64,000 nucleotides of DNA from an uncultured Phycisphaerales bacterium (lineage in GTDB: Bacteria; Planctomycetota; Phycisphaerae; Tepidisphaerales; Tepidisphaeraceae): the NCBI GenBank assembly GCA_963755915.1, contig CAVWLP010000002.1, positions 3,712,001 to 3,776,000 of the forward strand, written 5' to 3'. The stretch's first letter is position 1. The number at the start of each line of letters is the position of its first letter. Position numbers and translations under genes: made by a program. The notes beneath the pieces are model-generated. The model ran no database searches, was not told the origin of the DNA, and was given only the letters and a program-made list of their open reading frames with translations. This document shows, piece after piece, positions 43,173 through 53,880 of this stretch.

Positions 43173-45647
43173 ATGAGGAATCGCCGGAGCAATCTTCTTA
43201 TCGCCGCTGTTTGTGCGGGGGTTGGCTTACCAGCCGTGGGCGGGCTCGCGCAGGTTGTTTTGACGGTCAATCCGGCGCAGCCGCAGAGCGGATCCAATTA
43301 CACCACGATTCAGGCGGCCATTAACGCGGTTCCGTTCAACAGCCTTACGCCGTACGACATTCAGATTTCGCCCGGAACGTACAGCGAGGCCGACACAATC
43401 AGCAGCAGCCAGCAGTTCATCACCCTCCAGGGGATAGGCGCCGGCCCGAGCGCCGTCACGATCGCGGGCGGCGCCGGTGCGGTGCAAATGACTGCCGCCG
43501 GAAATGACCTGACCTTTGAAAATCTGACGTTCCAAAACACCGGCGGCCCCAGCGCGGGGCAGCAGAACACGCTGCTGATTACGGGCGACAAACAGGTGTA
43601 CAACAATGTCGCCATCAACGCATATCAGGACACGCTGCAAACCGAAAACACCGGGCGGTTTTACATTGTCAATAGCACGATCCAGGGCACCGTCGATTTC
43701 ATTTACGGCTCGGCGACAGGATTCTTCACCAACGATACGATCACGCAACTATCGAGCGGCGGCACCGGTTTCACCGCGCCCAGCACGCCGCAGACGAGCA
43801 ACTATGGGTTGGTCTTCTACAACGACACGCTGAATTCGCTCTCGCCGAATTCCACGACGCTGGCCCGCTCCTGGAATTCGGCGTATGGCCAATCCGCGTT
43901 CATCGACGACACGCTTGAAAGCAACAACATCGCGGGCTTCGGGAGTTTCGGCGCCGGAACGACATACAGCACCGAACGGCTCGTCACTTACGGACTGGTT
44001 AATTCGAGCAATCAGCCGATCAACACCTCCGCCAGCAACTGGAGTTCGACGGCGATCTGGCCCTACCAGTTGACCGCGACGCAAGCCGCGCCGTTCATGT
44101 CGGCGACAACGGTGTTGAACGGCTGGAATCCGACGCAGCCCATGGCGCCGATCCTTTGGCAAGGGGGCAACGGAACGTGGGAAAACGGGTCGAACTGGTC
44201 GTCGGCGGCTGAACCTGCGTCGGGGCAGTCGATTTATATCGAGCCCTCGTCGAGCTCCAGCATCACGCTCACCAGCACCGACACCGTCGATTCGCTCAGC
44301 GTGGGCGTGCCCGGCTCCAGCGGCGGACAGCCGACCAATACCGGCGGAACGCCATCCACTCTGACGATTGGGTCGGGCGGAAATCTCACCGTCAATGGCG
44401 AGCTTCATCTCGACGGCGCAAGCTCTCTGATCCTGAATGGCGGGGCAATAAGCACGCCTCGGCTTGATAGCGGCAACAATAATGACCAGGTCGTCGTCGA
44501 GGGCGGGTCCAGTTTCAACGTCTCAAGCTGGACGAACTCCAACGGCGCCTGGCCGTCCGGAACGATCACCGTTCATGACGGTTCGCTGCACCTGGGCTCT
44601 ACGGGCCTTGGGCCGATTATCGTGCTGGCGCCCAGCGCCACCGACTCCGCCACCTACAACATTCAGGGCACCGATTCTCTTACGCTTCGGCAGATTCAAA
44701 CCGGGGCCGGGTCAACTGTCATCAACATGTCCGGCACAAGTTCCTCGACCGTGGTCAACGCGACCTACGGCCTGGAGCTCGGCTCCTCCGGTTCCGGCGG
44801 CAATTTCACCTTCAACCTCTCCGGCGGAACCTTCAGCGGCATTAACTACCAGATCGGCTCCGCGGCCGGCACTTACACCGGAAACCAGAGCGGCGGAACG
44901 ATCGAGCAATATGGAAACGAATACGCCGGGCAGGAGGAATTCGAATTGGCCCAGGCGACGGGCGCCGTCTCAACGTGGAATCTCACCGGCTCTACCGCGG
45001 CCATGGATTTCGGCTGCATGGCCGTCGGGGAAGGGGGTAACGGAACGGTCAACCAATCGGCCGGCAGTGTGACACTCGACTCCCTTACCTATGCCGGCCA
45101 GACCGCGCCGACCGATTTGGGCCTGCGCCTCGCGCAAAACGGCAGCGGCAAGGGAACGTACGTCATCTCCGGCGGCTCACTGACGATCGACCAGGGGGGC
45201 CTCACGCTCGGCTATACCTTCACCGGTACGACTTCCGGGGGAACCGCAAACTTCCACGTCATCGGCGCTGCCCCGGCAATTTCCATCACTGGAAATTACC
45301 TCGAAAATTCCGGCTCAACCCTCACCGCGGAAATCAATTCTTCGGGCCTCTCTACGATTGACATCACCGGGAATGTTAACTTCGCCAGCGGGTCACTTTT
45401 GGATCTCATCAGCGATGTGGGCCTGAGTTATGGCTCGACCTTTACGATCATGAAATGGAACGGCACGGAGACCGGCACACCGACGCTTTCTCCATCCGAC
45501 AGTCCCAGCCAATGGAGCTTTTCCATCGCCAATAACCAACTCACGGCCACCTACGTTCCCGAGCCGGCGGTGGGGGGGTTGCTGGTTTTCTCGGCCTGGG
45601 GTCTGCTCGCCCGGCGTCGGCGGCGGAGTCGGTGGCCGGGACACTGA
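43173..45647 (+). CDS. Surface CE8 pectin methylesterase-domain protein with PEP-CTERM
   Basis: YTTIQAAINAVP, PGTYSE, YQDTL, GTVDFIYG, LARSW; C-terminal YVPEP + helix + RRRRR. Confidence 0.9.
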   Translation: MRNRRSNLLIAAVCAGVGLPAVGGLAQVVLTVNPAQPQSGSNYTTIQAAINAVPFNSLTPYDIQISPGTYSEADTISSSQQFITLQGIGAGPSAVTIAGGAGAVQMTAAGNDLTFENLTFQNTGGPSAGQQNTLLITGDKQVYNNVAINAYQDTLQTENTGRFYIVNSTIQGTVDFIYGSATGFFTNDTITQLSSGGTGFTAPSTPQTSNYGLVFYNDTLNSLSPNSTTLARSWNSAYGQSAFIDDTLESNNIAGFGSFGAGTTYSTERLVTYGLVNSSNQPINTSASNWSSTAIWPYQLTATQAAPFMSATTVLNGWNPTQPMAPILWQGGNGTWENGSNWSSAAEPASGQSIYIEPSSSSSITLTSTDTVDSLSVGVPGSSGGQPTNTGGTPSTLTIGSGGNLTVNGELHLDGASSLILNGGAISTPRLDSGNNNDQVVVEGGSSFNVSSWTNSNGAWPSGTITVHDGSLHLGSTGLGPIIVLAPSATDSATYNIQGTDSLTLRQIQTGAGSTVINMSGTSSSTVVNATYGLELGSSGSGGNFTFNLSGGTFSGINYQIGSAAGTYTGNQSGGTIEQYGNEYAGQEEFELAQATGAVSTWNLTGSTAAMDFGCMAVGEGGNGTVNQSAGSVTLDSLTYAGQTAPTDLGLRLAQNGSGKGTYVISGGSLTIDQGGLTLGYTFTGTTSGGTANFHVIGAAPAISITGNYLENSGSTLTAEINSSGLSTIDITGNVNFASGSLLDLISDVGLSYGSTFTIMKWNGTETGTPTLSPSDSPSQWSFSIANNQLTATYVPEPAVGGLLVFSAWGLLARRRRRSRWPGH

Positions 45648-45913
45648 TACCGAAACTGCAATTGCGCTTGCACAATTTGGACAGTGCCGCAATTCCTAAA
45701 GACGACTGAGAGAATCTGAAACGCCGACGCCCGATCCACCGGCTTATTCCACCCCAACCGGCCCCCAAAACCCCTTGCCGGGATTTGAAAAAAGATATCG
45801 GTATAAACGCAAAGGAAACGAATTGTCGATTCGCGCGGATCGCGACAAGATGGCCCCAGCGTTTCGCATCTCTCAAAAATTTTGGTCGAGTCCTACTTTC
45901 GGAGGGTATCAGG

Positions 45914-48900
45914 ATGGGCAGGCTCACGTCGCATTGCGTTGGAAAAAAGGCAAATTCACAAAACCAGAATAAGAGGGCCAATCGAATCTTCGCCAGGAGG
46001 TTGTCTGTCCTGGTGTCGGCCACGGCCGTCAGCTTTCTGACCCTGAAGGGGCACGCGCAGACGACCAACCTCACGTGGGATCCGGCGCAGAACGCCAACA
46101 ACTCGCTGCCCGCCAGCGGCGGGAGCGGGACGTGGAACACGACGCTCGCCAACTGGTCCAACGGCACCGCCGACGTCGTTTGGGCCGACACCACCGGGAG
46201 CCTCGACAACGCCGTCTTCGGCGGAACCGCCGGAACCGTTACCCTCAACACCAGCCTCGGTACGTCCGACCTGATCTTTCAAACCAGCGGCTACACGATC
46301 AGCGGCACCGGCATTCTCGAAATGTCCAACAACGGTGCCACCGATCTCGACTCCAGCGCGCTCACCAGCTCCGGCACCGAAACGCTTTCCGCGATCGACG
46401 TGCACGCGGGTTCAGTCACCTGGAACATCGGCGCCGCTTCGCTGAACTTCGCCGGCGCCGTGCGCGACAACGGCCAGTCGCACATGACCCTTACCGTCAA
46501 CGGAACCGGGACGGCGCTCTTTTCCGGCGGGCTTACCTTGTCGCAGAGCAACTCGTCACGAACTTGGGTACTTGCCGGCGGCGAAAATCTCGACGTCACC
46601 GGCTTGATCCAGGACGGCGGCACCAACGTCACCAACGGCTTCGTCTATGACGGAACGGGAACACTCACCCTCGCGGATACAAGCAACAGCTTCGTCGTAG
46701 GAAGCGGCCAATCCGTAACCGTCGCCAGCGGTGTTATGGCTATCGCCAATCCCGGTGCGCTCGGCGGAGCGTCGGGATCACCCAATCCCATGGAAATCGG
46801 AAACAACACCGCCGAAGCCACCTTCCAGGGCATTGGAACCGTCTTAGTCTCCATTCCCAATGCCGTAACCCTCGGGGGCGGCACGGTTGGCGTCTCCGTC
46901 ATCGGCGGCACGACCCCGCTCAATTTCACCGGCGCCGTCACCGGCAGCGGCTCGGTTGACGACCTCAACGTCAACAACACCGCGCTTACCACCTTCAGCG
47001 GCAACTTCTATCTCGGCAGCTCGGGCAGTCGAACGGTGAATATCGGCGGAACGGGCAACCTCCTGATCAGCGCTCCCGTCGGCGACACCCCCACAGGCCC
47101 CGGTCCTTGCAGCCTTAACTATGTCGGTACAAGAACCCTTACCCTCAACAATGCCACCAACAGTTTCACCGGGTCCCTGGGCGTAGACAGCGGCACCCTT
47201 TTCCTCGCCCCCGGCGCCATTGGAGCCGCGACCCAATTCAATTTCGGCAACAACACCGCCTCCGCCACTTTGCTGCCCGATGGGGGTGATCTCAACATCG
47301 CCGTTCCCACTTCGCTCAACGTGAGCCAGACCACTGGGGCGGACATCGTGGCCGGTTCCAACAACGTCAACTTCTCCGGGACCGTCACCGGCGCACAAGC
47401 CCATGTTCAATTCCAGAACAACAGCACCGGGCTCACGACCTTTTCCGGTCCGGTTTACCTCTCTCCCAACACCACCAACGGCGAAACGGTCAATTTCGGA
47501 GGTTCGGGCAACATCCTGATCAGCGGCCAGATCTCCGACGCAAATGGCGCCACGGGCGCTAATCCCGGCAGCGTCGTCTTTAACGGCACTGGAACCGTCA
47601 CGGTTTCGAATTCCAACCTCTATACCGGCACCACGCAGATCTCCAGCGGTGAAGTCGTCGTCGCCAGCAGCAACGCCACGGGCGACAATCCATCCAGCAC
47701 CGTCACCCTCAGCGGCGGTATCCTCGCCAGCAGCGCCGGGTCCTATTTCACACTCGCCAACACCGTGGCCGCCGGCAGCGGGGCGCACACCATCGTGCCT
47801 GGCGGCGTCGATGGCGTCGGCACGCTGGGCGTTGCGGGATTGATCACGAACAGCAATACCACCCTCGAATTTCAGCTCGGCACGGGCTCGGGAACCATCA
47901 CTAACGGCAGCCAGTTGATCCTCACCGGAGGCGCGGGAAGCGCCACCATCGGCACGGGCACAAACTTGGAATTCACCGGTTCGACAGCCGCGGGCAACGA
48001 TTACGAACTGATTGGCGACACCAGCGGCGGAACCGTCGTCTCCGGCCTGCCGCTGGGGAACTTCACCCTGCCGGCCGCGCCGGCGGGTGAGACCTATTCG
48101 CTTGCCGACGTGGGCAATTTCATCGACCTGGTCGTCGCCTCATCGGGACCGGTTTCGCTCTTCTGGGATAATGCCGGCGGCAGTGGCAATGGCACCACCT
48201 GGGATACCAGCAACCAGAACTGGAACAACGGTTCAGCCGCAACGACCTACGCCGACGGTGCGGCCGTCACCTTCAACGACACCAACGCCCTCCACTATGC
48301 CGTAACCCTCACCACCACCGTCAGTCCCGCCTCGGTGACGGTCAACAGCTCCGGCAACTACTCCATCACCGGCGGTGGTCTCATCGTCGCCACCGGCGGA
48401 TTCACGAAGATGGGCACGAGCACTCTGACGCTCGGCGTTGGTCTGACCGCCAGCAGCCTGGCCATCAACGGTGGAAACGTCGTGCTTGCGAGCAACACGA
48501 CCGCCAGCAGCGGCTGGACCGCCACCAATCCCGTCAGCAATATCAACGTCTCCTCGCTGACCATTGCGGCCAACAGCGTTCTGGACATCTCCAATAACCA
48601 CGTGATCATCGACTACGGCGCCACCGACCCGATGTCTACCATCCTGGGCTACCTCAAGTCCGGCTTCAACAACGGCGCCTGGAACGGGACCTCTGGAATC
48701 ATCTCGTCCGCCGCCCAGACCAAAACCAACGGCTTGACCTACAGCATCGGTTGGGCCGACGGAAACGACAAAACCGGGGCCGTGAAAAACCTCACCAGCG
48801 GCGAGATCGAATTGAAGTACACGCTGGTCGGCGACGCCAATCTCGACGGCACCGTCAACGGCTCCGACTTCTCGATCCTGGCCGCCAACTTCGGCCTCGG

Positions 48901-49168
48901 CGTCACCAACTGGGACCAGGGGAACTTCCTGTATGGCAGTTCGGTCAACGGCTCCGACTTCAGCGCCTTGGCGGCCAACTTCGGCCAGGGCGACAGCGGC
49001 GCTGCCGTAACCCCGGCGGACATCGCCGCACTCGATGCCTTTGCCGCCGCCAACGGCCTGCCCGCGCCGACGATCGCCGCGGTGCCGGAACCGGCCACGC
49101 TTGGCCTGCTGGCCATCGGCAGCCTCGGCCTGATGTCCCGGCGGCGCAAGCGGGAGACTTTGAACTAG
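45914..49168 (+). CDS. Large PEP-CTERM beta-strand-repeat surface protein with dockerin-like tail
   Basis: GGAGG RBS + ATG 45914 (in frame with ORF 45785); extended signal peptide; no catalytic motif recognised; GDANLDG...AVPEP. Confidence 0.88.
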   Translation: MGRLTSHCVGKKANSQNQNKRANRIFARRLSVLVSATAVSFLTLKGHAQTTNLTWDPAQNANNSLPASGGSGTWNTTLANWSNGTADVVWADTTGSLDNAVFGGTAGTVTLNTSLGTSDLIFQTSGYTISGTGILEMSNNGATDLDSSALTSSGTETLSAIDVHAGSVTWNIGAASLNFAGAVRDNGQSHMTLTVNGTGTALFSGGLTLSQSNSSRTWVLAGGENLDVTGLIQDGGTNVTNGFVYDGTGTLTLADTSNSFVVGSGQSVTVASGVMAIANPGALGGASGSPNPMEIGNNTAEATFQGIGTVLVSIPNAVTLGGGTVGVSVIGGTTPLNFTGAVTGSGSVDDLNVNNTALTTFSGNFYLGSSGSRTVNIGGTGNLLISAPVGDTPTGPGPCSLNYVGTRTLTLNNATNSFTGSLGVDSGTLFLAPGAIGAATQFNFGNNTASATLLPDGGDLNIAVPTSLNVSQTTGADIVAGSNNVNFSGTVTGAQAHVQFQNNSTGLTTFSGPVYLSPNTTNGETVNFGGSGNILISGQISDANGATGANPGSVVFNGTGTVTVSNSNLYTGTTQISSGEVVVASSNATGDNPSSTVTLSGGILASSAGSYFTLANTVAAGSGAHTIVPGGVDGVGTLGVAGLITNSNTTLEFQLGTGSGTITNGSQLILTGGAGSATIGTGTNLEFTGSTAAGNDYELIGDTSGGTVVSGLPLGNFTLPAAPAGETYSLADVGNFIDLVVASSGPVSLFWDNAGGSGNGTTWDTSNQNWNNGSAATTYADGAAVTFNDTNALHYAVTLTTTVSPASVTVNSSGNYSITGGGLIVATGGFTKMGTSTLTLGVGLTASSLAINGGNVVLASNTTASSGWTATNPVSNINVSSLTIAANSVLDISNNHVIIDYGATDPMSTILGYLKSGFNNGAWNGTSGIISSAAQTKTNGLTYSIGWADGNDKTGAVKNLTSGEIELKYTLVGDANLDGTVNGSDFSILAANFGLGVTNWDQGNFLYGSSVNGSDFSALAANFGQGDSGAAVTPADIAALDAFAAANGLPAPTIAAVPEPATLGLLAIGSLGLMSRRRKRETLN

Positions 49169-49200
49169 GAATCGCGTAGCGAATAAAGAGCAGAGGCGGA

Positions 49201-52200
49201 ATGATGATGTGTCGCCGAAAGCCCAGTCTTCGTCGCGCGGTTATAGATACCCTTGAGGCGCGCTGTCTTCTCTCGTCGATTCCGACGCCGACGATTCCGT
49301 CGCGCGTTTTCAACATCGAATCGTACGGGGCCGTCGACACATCCGCGAACAACACCACCGACATCCAGGCGGCCATCAGCGCGGCCGCCGCGGCAGGGTG
49401 GGGAATCGTCGAAATCCCCGCTGCCGCGCAGGATTGGGAGTGCGGGCCGCTGACCCTCTCCAGCAACATCGATTTTCAGGTCGACGCGGGTGCAACTCTT
49501 CAGATGCTCGCCTACGGAACTTATCCGCTGGTCAGCGGCGCAACCTCCTATGCCAATTTCATCGAGGCCAACGACGTCAGCAACGTCGAAATCTCCGGCG
49601 GCGGAACCATCGATGGCAACGGAGCCCCATGGTGGGTTGCATACAACAACGGCACCCTCACCGTCACGCGCCCGCAGATGGTCGCGATCAACAACTGCGA
49701 CATCGTCCTCATCGAAGGCATTACCCTCCAGAATCCCCCCAACACGCACATCTCCATTCAAAACGCCTGCAACGACGTGACGGTCCAGAACATCACGATC
49801 AACACGCCCGGCACCAATGCCCCCAACACCGACGGCATCGACGTCTCCGGCACCAACATGATCTTCCGCAACGACAGCATTTCCGACGGCGACGACAACA
49901 TCGCCATGGGCGCCGGCGCAACCAGCGGCGGTCCCGAAACCGCCAACATCACCATCATCGACTGCTTCTTCGGCGTCGGCCACGGCCTTTCCATCGGCAG
50001 CTACACCTCCGGAGGCGTCGATAACGTCACCGTGGCAGACTGCACTTTCAACGGCACAACCAGCGGAATCCGCATGAAATCCGAACGCGGCCGCGGGGGG
50101 CTCGTCGAGAACATCAGCTACTACAACATCACGATGACAAATGTCGAATACGCCATCGACATCAACAGCTATTACTCGGCGGCGGTGCCAAGCAACCCAC
50201 AAGACCCCGCCCAGCCCCTCGACCTCACCCCGTTCTGGCAAAACATTACCATCAGCAATCTTGTGAGCGCCACCACCTCTTCGCAGTCCAACTACAGCGG
50301 CTCCTACTGCGGGATTATCTGGGGCCTTCCCGAAGCGCCCGTCAGCGGCGTGACGCTCAGCAACGTGCAGCTTACGGCACGCTACGGCTTCGATCTCGAT
50401 CACGACACCAATGTCGCCTTCGACGCCGCCTGCCGGATCACGCCTCTGGGCGGAGGCTCGGAGGAAATGTCGGACACCTCCGCGCCCACGCCGTATGAAG
50501 TGACGGTCGAGCAGGAAGGGTATTCCGACGAAGACGTCGGCTCGCCTGCCACGGCCGGCGACACCGTGTACAATCCCGATGCCGCTCTGCTCACCGACAC
50601 CGCCGGGGGCACCGGCATCGGCGGGGCTTCCGACCAGTTCAATTTCCTCTCGGAAACCGCCACCGGAAACATCACCTATTTCGCAGACCTTACTTCCAAC
50701 TCCAGTTCCTCCTCCACCGACGGCGTGATGATCCGCGATTCGTCGAACACGGCCTCATCCGCGTTCGCCGACGCGGTCGTCACGCCCGGGTCGGTCGTCC
50801 AATTCCAATACCGCAGCGCCAACGGTGGAACCGTCAGCACCGACTCCGTCAGCAATGTCACCGCCCCCGTCTGGCTTGAAGTCGTCCGCAGCGGAAGCAC
50901 CTTCAGCGGGTATTACAGCACCAACGGCACAACCTGGAACTTGATCGGATCCGCCAGCGTTACCATGTCCAGCACCGAGATGGTCGGCGTTGCTGTCGCG
51001 GCCAACAGTTCCAGCTCCACGACAACAGCCCAATTCGCCAGCTTGGCGGGCCCCAGCATCACCACCGAGCCCCTCGCCAGTCCCCAGCCCGTCACAGGCA
51101 CCACCGCCAACCTCAGCGTCAGCGCCACCGAATCCGGCAGCACCCTTACCTACACCTGGTCTATTCTCGAATCCCCCAGCGGGGTAACCACACCCACCTT
51201 CAGCACGAATGGCACTTCGACTTCCAACGACACCACCGCCACGTTTTTCGGCGCGGGAATCTATGAATTCCTCGTTACGGTGACCGATTCAAACAACGAT
51301 GCTCGATACGCTGTCCTTGGCGTCGGCGTCAATCAAACCCCGACTGCCGTGACCGTTAAGCCGGCCTCCACGGCCGTCTTGGTCAACACCAGCTCCGTCT
51401 TTACAGCCAGCGCCACCGACCAATTCGGCGTCACCTTCGAGCCGAATTTCTCCTGGTCGCTCGTCAGCGGCAGCGGCACGCAGGATTCCTCGGCGGGCGT
51501 CTACAATTCTCCGAACACCGCTGGTTCCGCGACAATCGGCGCCACCGCCGGCTCGGTGAGCAACACCGCTTCCATCACCATCGTCCCCGTCTTTGCTGTC
51601 GAATCGGGGTCAACCCTCGAAGTCACCCTCAATTCCACCGGCACGGTCACGCTGTCCACTTCCGGCAGCAGCGTCACCGCATCCGAAGACGGCATCCTCA
51701 AGGGATTCACCGGTGTCACCGCACTCACTGTCACCGACAGCGGCAGCGGAGACACGCTTAACTTCGACGGCCCGCTGGCCGATCCCTTCATTTTCTCCAA
51801 TGCCGGCACCTCGACGATCAACGTCAACACCGGCACGCTCAATTTCGCGCCGGTCTCCAGCATCGCCCTCGGCACGCTCAACATCGCCTCCGGCGCGCTC
51901 GCCGCCGTGCCGGTCAATTCTTCCGCCCAAACCCTGCTCCTTCTCAATGGCCTTTCCATCACCTCCGGAACGCTCGACCTCAGCGACAACGAACTGCTCA
52001 TCACCTACGGCGGCGGAAGCGATCCGATGTCAGCCATCTATACCTTTATCCAGTCCGGCTATAACAACGGCGGTTGGAACGGCCCGGGAATCATCTCCAC
52101 GTCCGCCCGCACGCCCACGAACGGCCTCACCTACGCCCTCGGATTCTCGGATGGAAAAGACGGCATCGTTTCGGGCCTCTCTTCCGGCCAGATCGAAGTG

Positions 52201-52545
52201 AAATACACCCTCCTCGGCGACGCCAATCTCGACGGCACCGTCAACGGAACCGATTTCTCCATCCTCGCCGGCAATTTCGGACTCGGCTACACCAACTGGG
52301 ACCAGGGCAACTTCCTCTTCGCCTCCTCCGTCAACGGTTCCGATTTCTCCGCCCTCTCCGCCAATTTCGGGCAGGGCGTAGCGCTTCCCGCGGCGGTGAT
52401 CGTTGAAGCCCCGGCGGCGGGGGTCACTCCGGCCTCTACCTCCACAACCGCCGACACCACTTCCGACAATTCCGTCACGACGACTGTCTTGAAAAAATCC
52501 CCCCCGCACCCGAATATCTCGCGGCATAACGGAGATCATCGTTAG
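49201..52545 (+). CDS. Extracellular GH28 with LExRxLLS N-motif, lectin-like and Ig-like domains, dockerin-like tail (no PEP-CTERM)
   Basis: IDTLEARCLLS; NTDGID, GDD, GHG, RMKS; PVWLEVVRSGSTFSGYYSTNG; GDANLDGTVNGTDFSILAGNFG. Confidence 0.9.
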   Translation: MMMCRRKPSLRRAVIDTLEARCLLSSIPTPTIPSRVFNIESYGAVDTSANNTTDIQAAISAAAAAGWGIVEIPAAAQDWECGPLTLSSNIDFQVDAGATLQMLAYGTYPLVSGATSYANFIEANDVSNVEISGGGTIDGNGAPWWVAYNNGTLTVTRPQMVAINNCDIVLIEGITLQNPPNTHISIQNACNDVTVQNITINTPGTNAPNTDGIDVSGTNMIFRNDSISDGDDNIAMGAGATSGGPETANITIIDCFFGVGHGLSIGSYTSGGVDNVTVADCTFNGTTSGIRMKSERGRGGLVENISYYNITMTNVEYAIDINSYYSAAVPSNPQDPAQPLDLTPFWQNITISNLVSATTSSQSNYSGSYCGIIWGLPEAPVSGVTLSNVQLTARYGFDLDHDTNVAFDAACRITPLGGGSEEMSDTSAPTPYEVTVEQEGYSDEDVGSPATAGDTVYNPDAALLTDTAGGTGIGGASDQFNFLSETATGNITYFADLTSNSSSSSTDGVMIRDSSNTASSAFADAVVTPGSVVQFQYRSANGGTVSTDSVSNVTAPVWLEVVRSGSTFSGYYSTNGTTWNLIGSASVTMSSTEMVGVAVAANSSSSTTTAQFASLAGPSITTEPLASPQPVTGTTANLSVSATESGSTLTYTWSILESPSGVTTPTFSTNGTSTSNDTTATFFGAGIYEFLVTVTDSNNDARYAVLGVGVNQTPTAVTVKPASTAVLVNTSSVFTASATDQFGVTFEPNFSWSLVSGSGTQDSSAGVYNSPNTAGSATIGATAGSVSNTASITIVPVFAVESGSTLEVTLNSTGTVTLSTSGSSVTASEDGILKGFTGVTALTVTDSGSGDTLNFDGPLADPFIFSNAGTSTINVNTGTLNFAPVSSIALGTLNIASGALAAVPVNSSAQTLLLLNGLSITSGTLDLSDNELLITYGGGSDPMSAIYTFIQSGYNNGGWNGPGIISTSARTPTNGLTYALGFSDGKDGIVSGLSSGQIEVKYTLLGDANLDGTVNGTDFSILAGNFGLGYTNWDQGNFLFASSVNGSDFSALSANFGQGVALPAAVIVEAPAAGVTPASTSTTADTTSDNSVTTTVLKKSPPHPNISRHNGDHR

Positions 52546-52549
52546 TTCG

Positions 52550-53863
52550 ATGAAGATCATCGGTTGCGTCATCGTCTGGGTATTGGCAATCGGACCGGCA
52601 TCCCTCCTCGCCCAGTCGGCCCTTACCCAGCCGCCCCTGGTCCCCAAGCCGGTCATTCCCGACCGCCGGTTCAGTATCCTCGCCTACGGCGCGGTCGGCG
52701 ACGGAATCGCGAAAAACACGCTTGCCATCACGCGGACCATCGCCGCCTGCCAGGCGGCGGGCGGTGGCACCGTCGAAATCCCGCCCGGCCGGTTCCTTAC
52801 CGGGCCATTCGCCCTCATCAGCAATCTCAATCTTCATCTCGACGCCGGCGCTACGCTCGTCTTCAGTAACAATCCCGCCGATTACAAAATCACCAGCCGC
52901 CAGTTCCAGAACTGCATCCAGGCCACCGATTGCCACGACCTCGCCATCACCGGGCCGGGCACCATTGAAGGCCAGGGGGAGTTCTGGTGGAAGAATTTCG
53001 TCCGCCCCAAGACGGCCCCGGCGGATTTTCCGATGCCCCGCCGGCCCTTTTTGGTCGTCCTCTCGCAATGCCACCGGGTCTGGGTGCAGGGAATTACCCT
53101 GCAGAATTCGCCCAATTTTCACCTCGTTCCTGCGGGGTGCGATGACCTCACCATCGACGCCGTCCGCATCAAGGCCCCCGCCAAGTCGCCGAATACCGAC
53201 GGAATCGACCTCACTGCCCACAACTGCGTCATCACCAACTGTGTTATCGATGTCGGCGACGACAACCTGGTTCTCAAGCCGGGCGGCTCGGGCGATTCCA
53301 CCGAGCCGGCGTGCGAGAACATCTGGGTCAGCGGGTGCAAATTCCTCCACGGCCACGGCATGTCCATCGGTGGCCAGAGCCACGGCGGGGTCCGAAACCT
53401 CACCGTCCGCGACTGCACCTTCGACGAGACCGACGCTGGTATACGCATGAAATCCGCCCGCGGCGTCGGGGGCCTGGTCCAAAACCTCACCTACGAAAAC
53501 CTCCGCATGAACCAGGTGAAGATTGCCGTCTTCATCACCAGCTATTACCCCGAAATTCCCGCCAACCCGGCGACGTTGCCTTCCCTCCCGGTCAACAAGC
53601 AAACCCCCATCTGGCGCAACATTCTCATCCGCAACCTCACCTCTATCAACGGCGACACCGCCGGCCGAATCATCGGGCTGGCCGAAATGCCCATTTCCGG
53701 CATTGTCTTCGAAAACGTAAACCTCGCTGCCGAAAGGCCTCTGCAGATCGTCTGGGCCAATGACATTCAATTCTACGATTCGCGGATAACCGTCCCCAAA
53801 CAGCCGGTGATCTCCATCAGCCACGGCCAGGTCTTCGGCATCGACCCGAACACCGGCCGTTAA
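52550..53863 (+). CDS. Secreted GH28 polygalacturonase
   Basis: Signal peptide; NTDGID, GDD, GHG, RMKS. Confidence 0.94.
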   Translation: MKIIGCVIVWVLAIGPASLLAQSALTQPPLVPKPVIPDRRFSILAYGAVGDGIAKNTLAITRTIAACQAAGGGTVEIPPGRFLTGPFALISNLNLHLDAGATLVFSNNPADYKITSRQFQNCIQATDCHDLAITGPGTIEGQGEFWWKNFVRPKTAPADFPMPRRPFLVVLSQCHRVWVQGITLQNSPNFHLVPAGCDDLTIDAVRIKAPAKSPNTDGIDLTAHNCVITNCVIDVGDDNLVLKPGGSGDSTEPACENIWVSGCKFLHGHGMSIGGQSHGGVRNLTVRDCTFDETDAGIRMKSARGVGGLVQNLTYENLRMNQVKIAVFITSYYPEIPANPATLPSLPVNKQTPIWRNILIRNLTSINGDTAGRIIGLAEMPISGIVFENVNLAAERPLQIVWANDIQFYDSRITVPKQPVISISHGQVFGIDPNTGR

Positions 53864-53880
53864 ACCGAGCCACTCTTATT

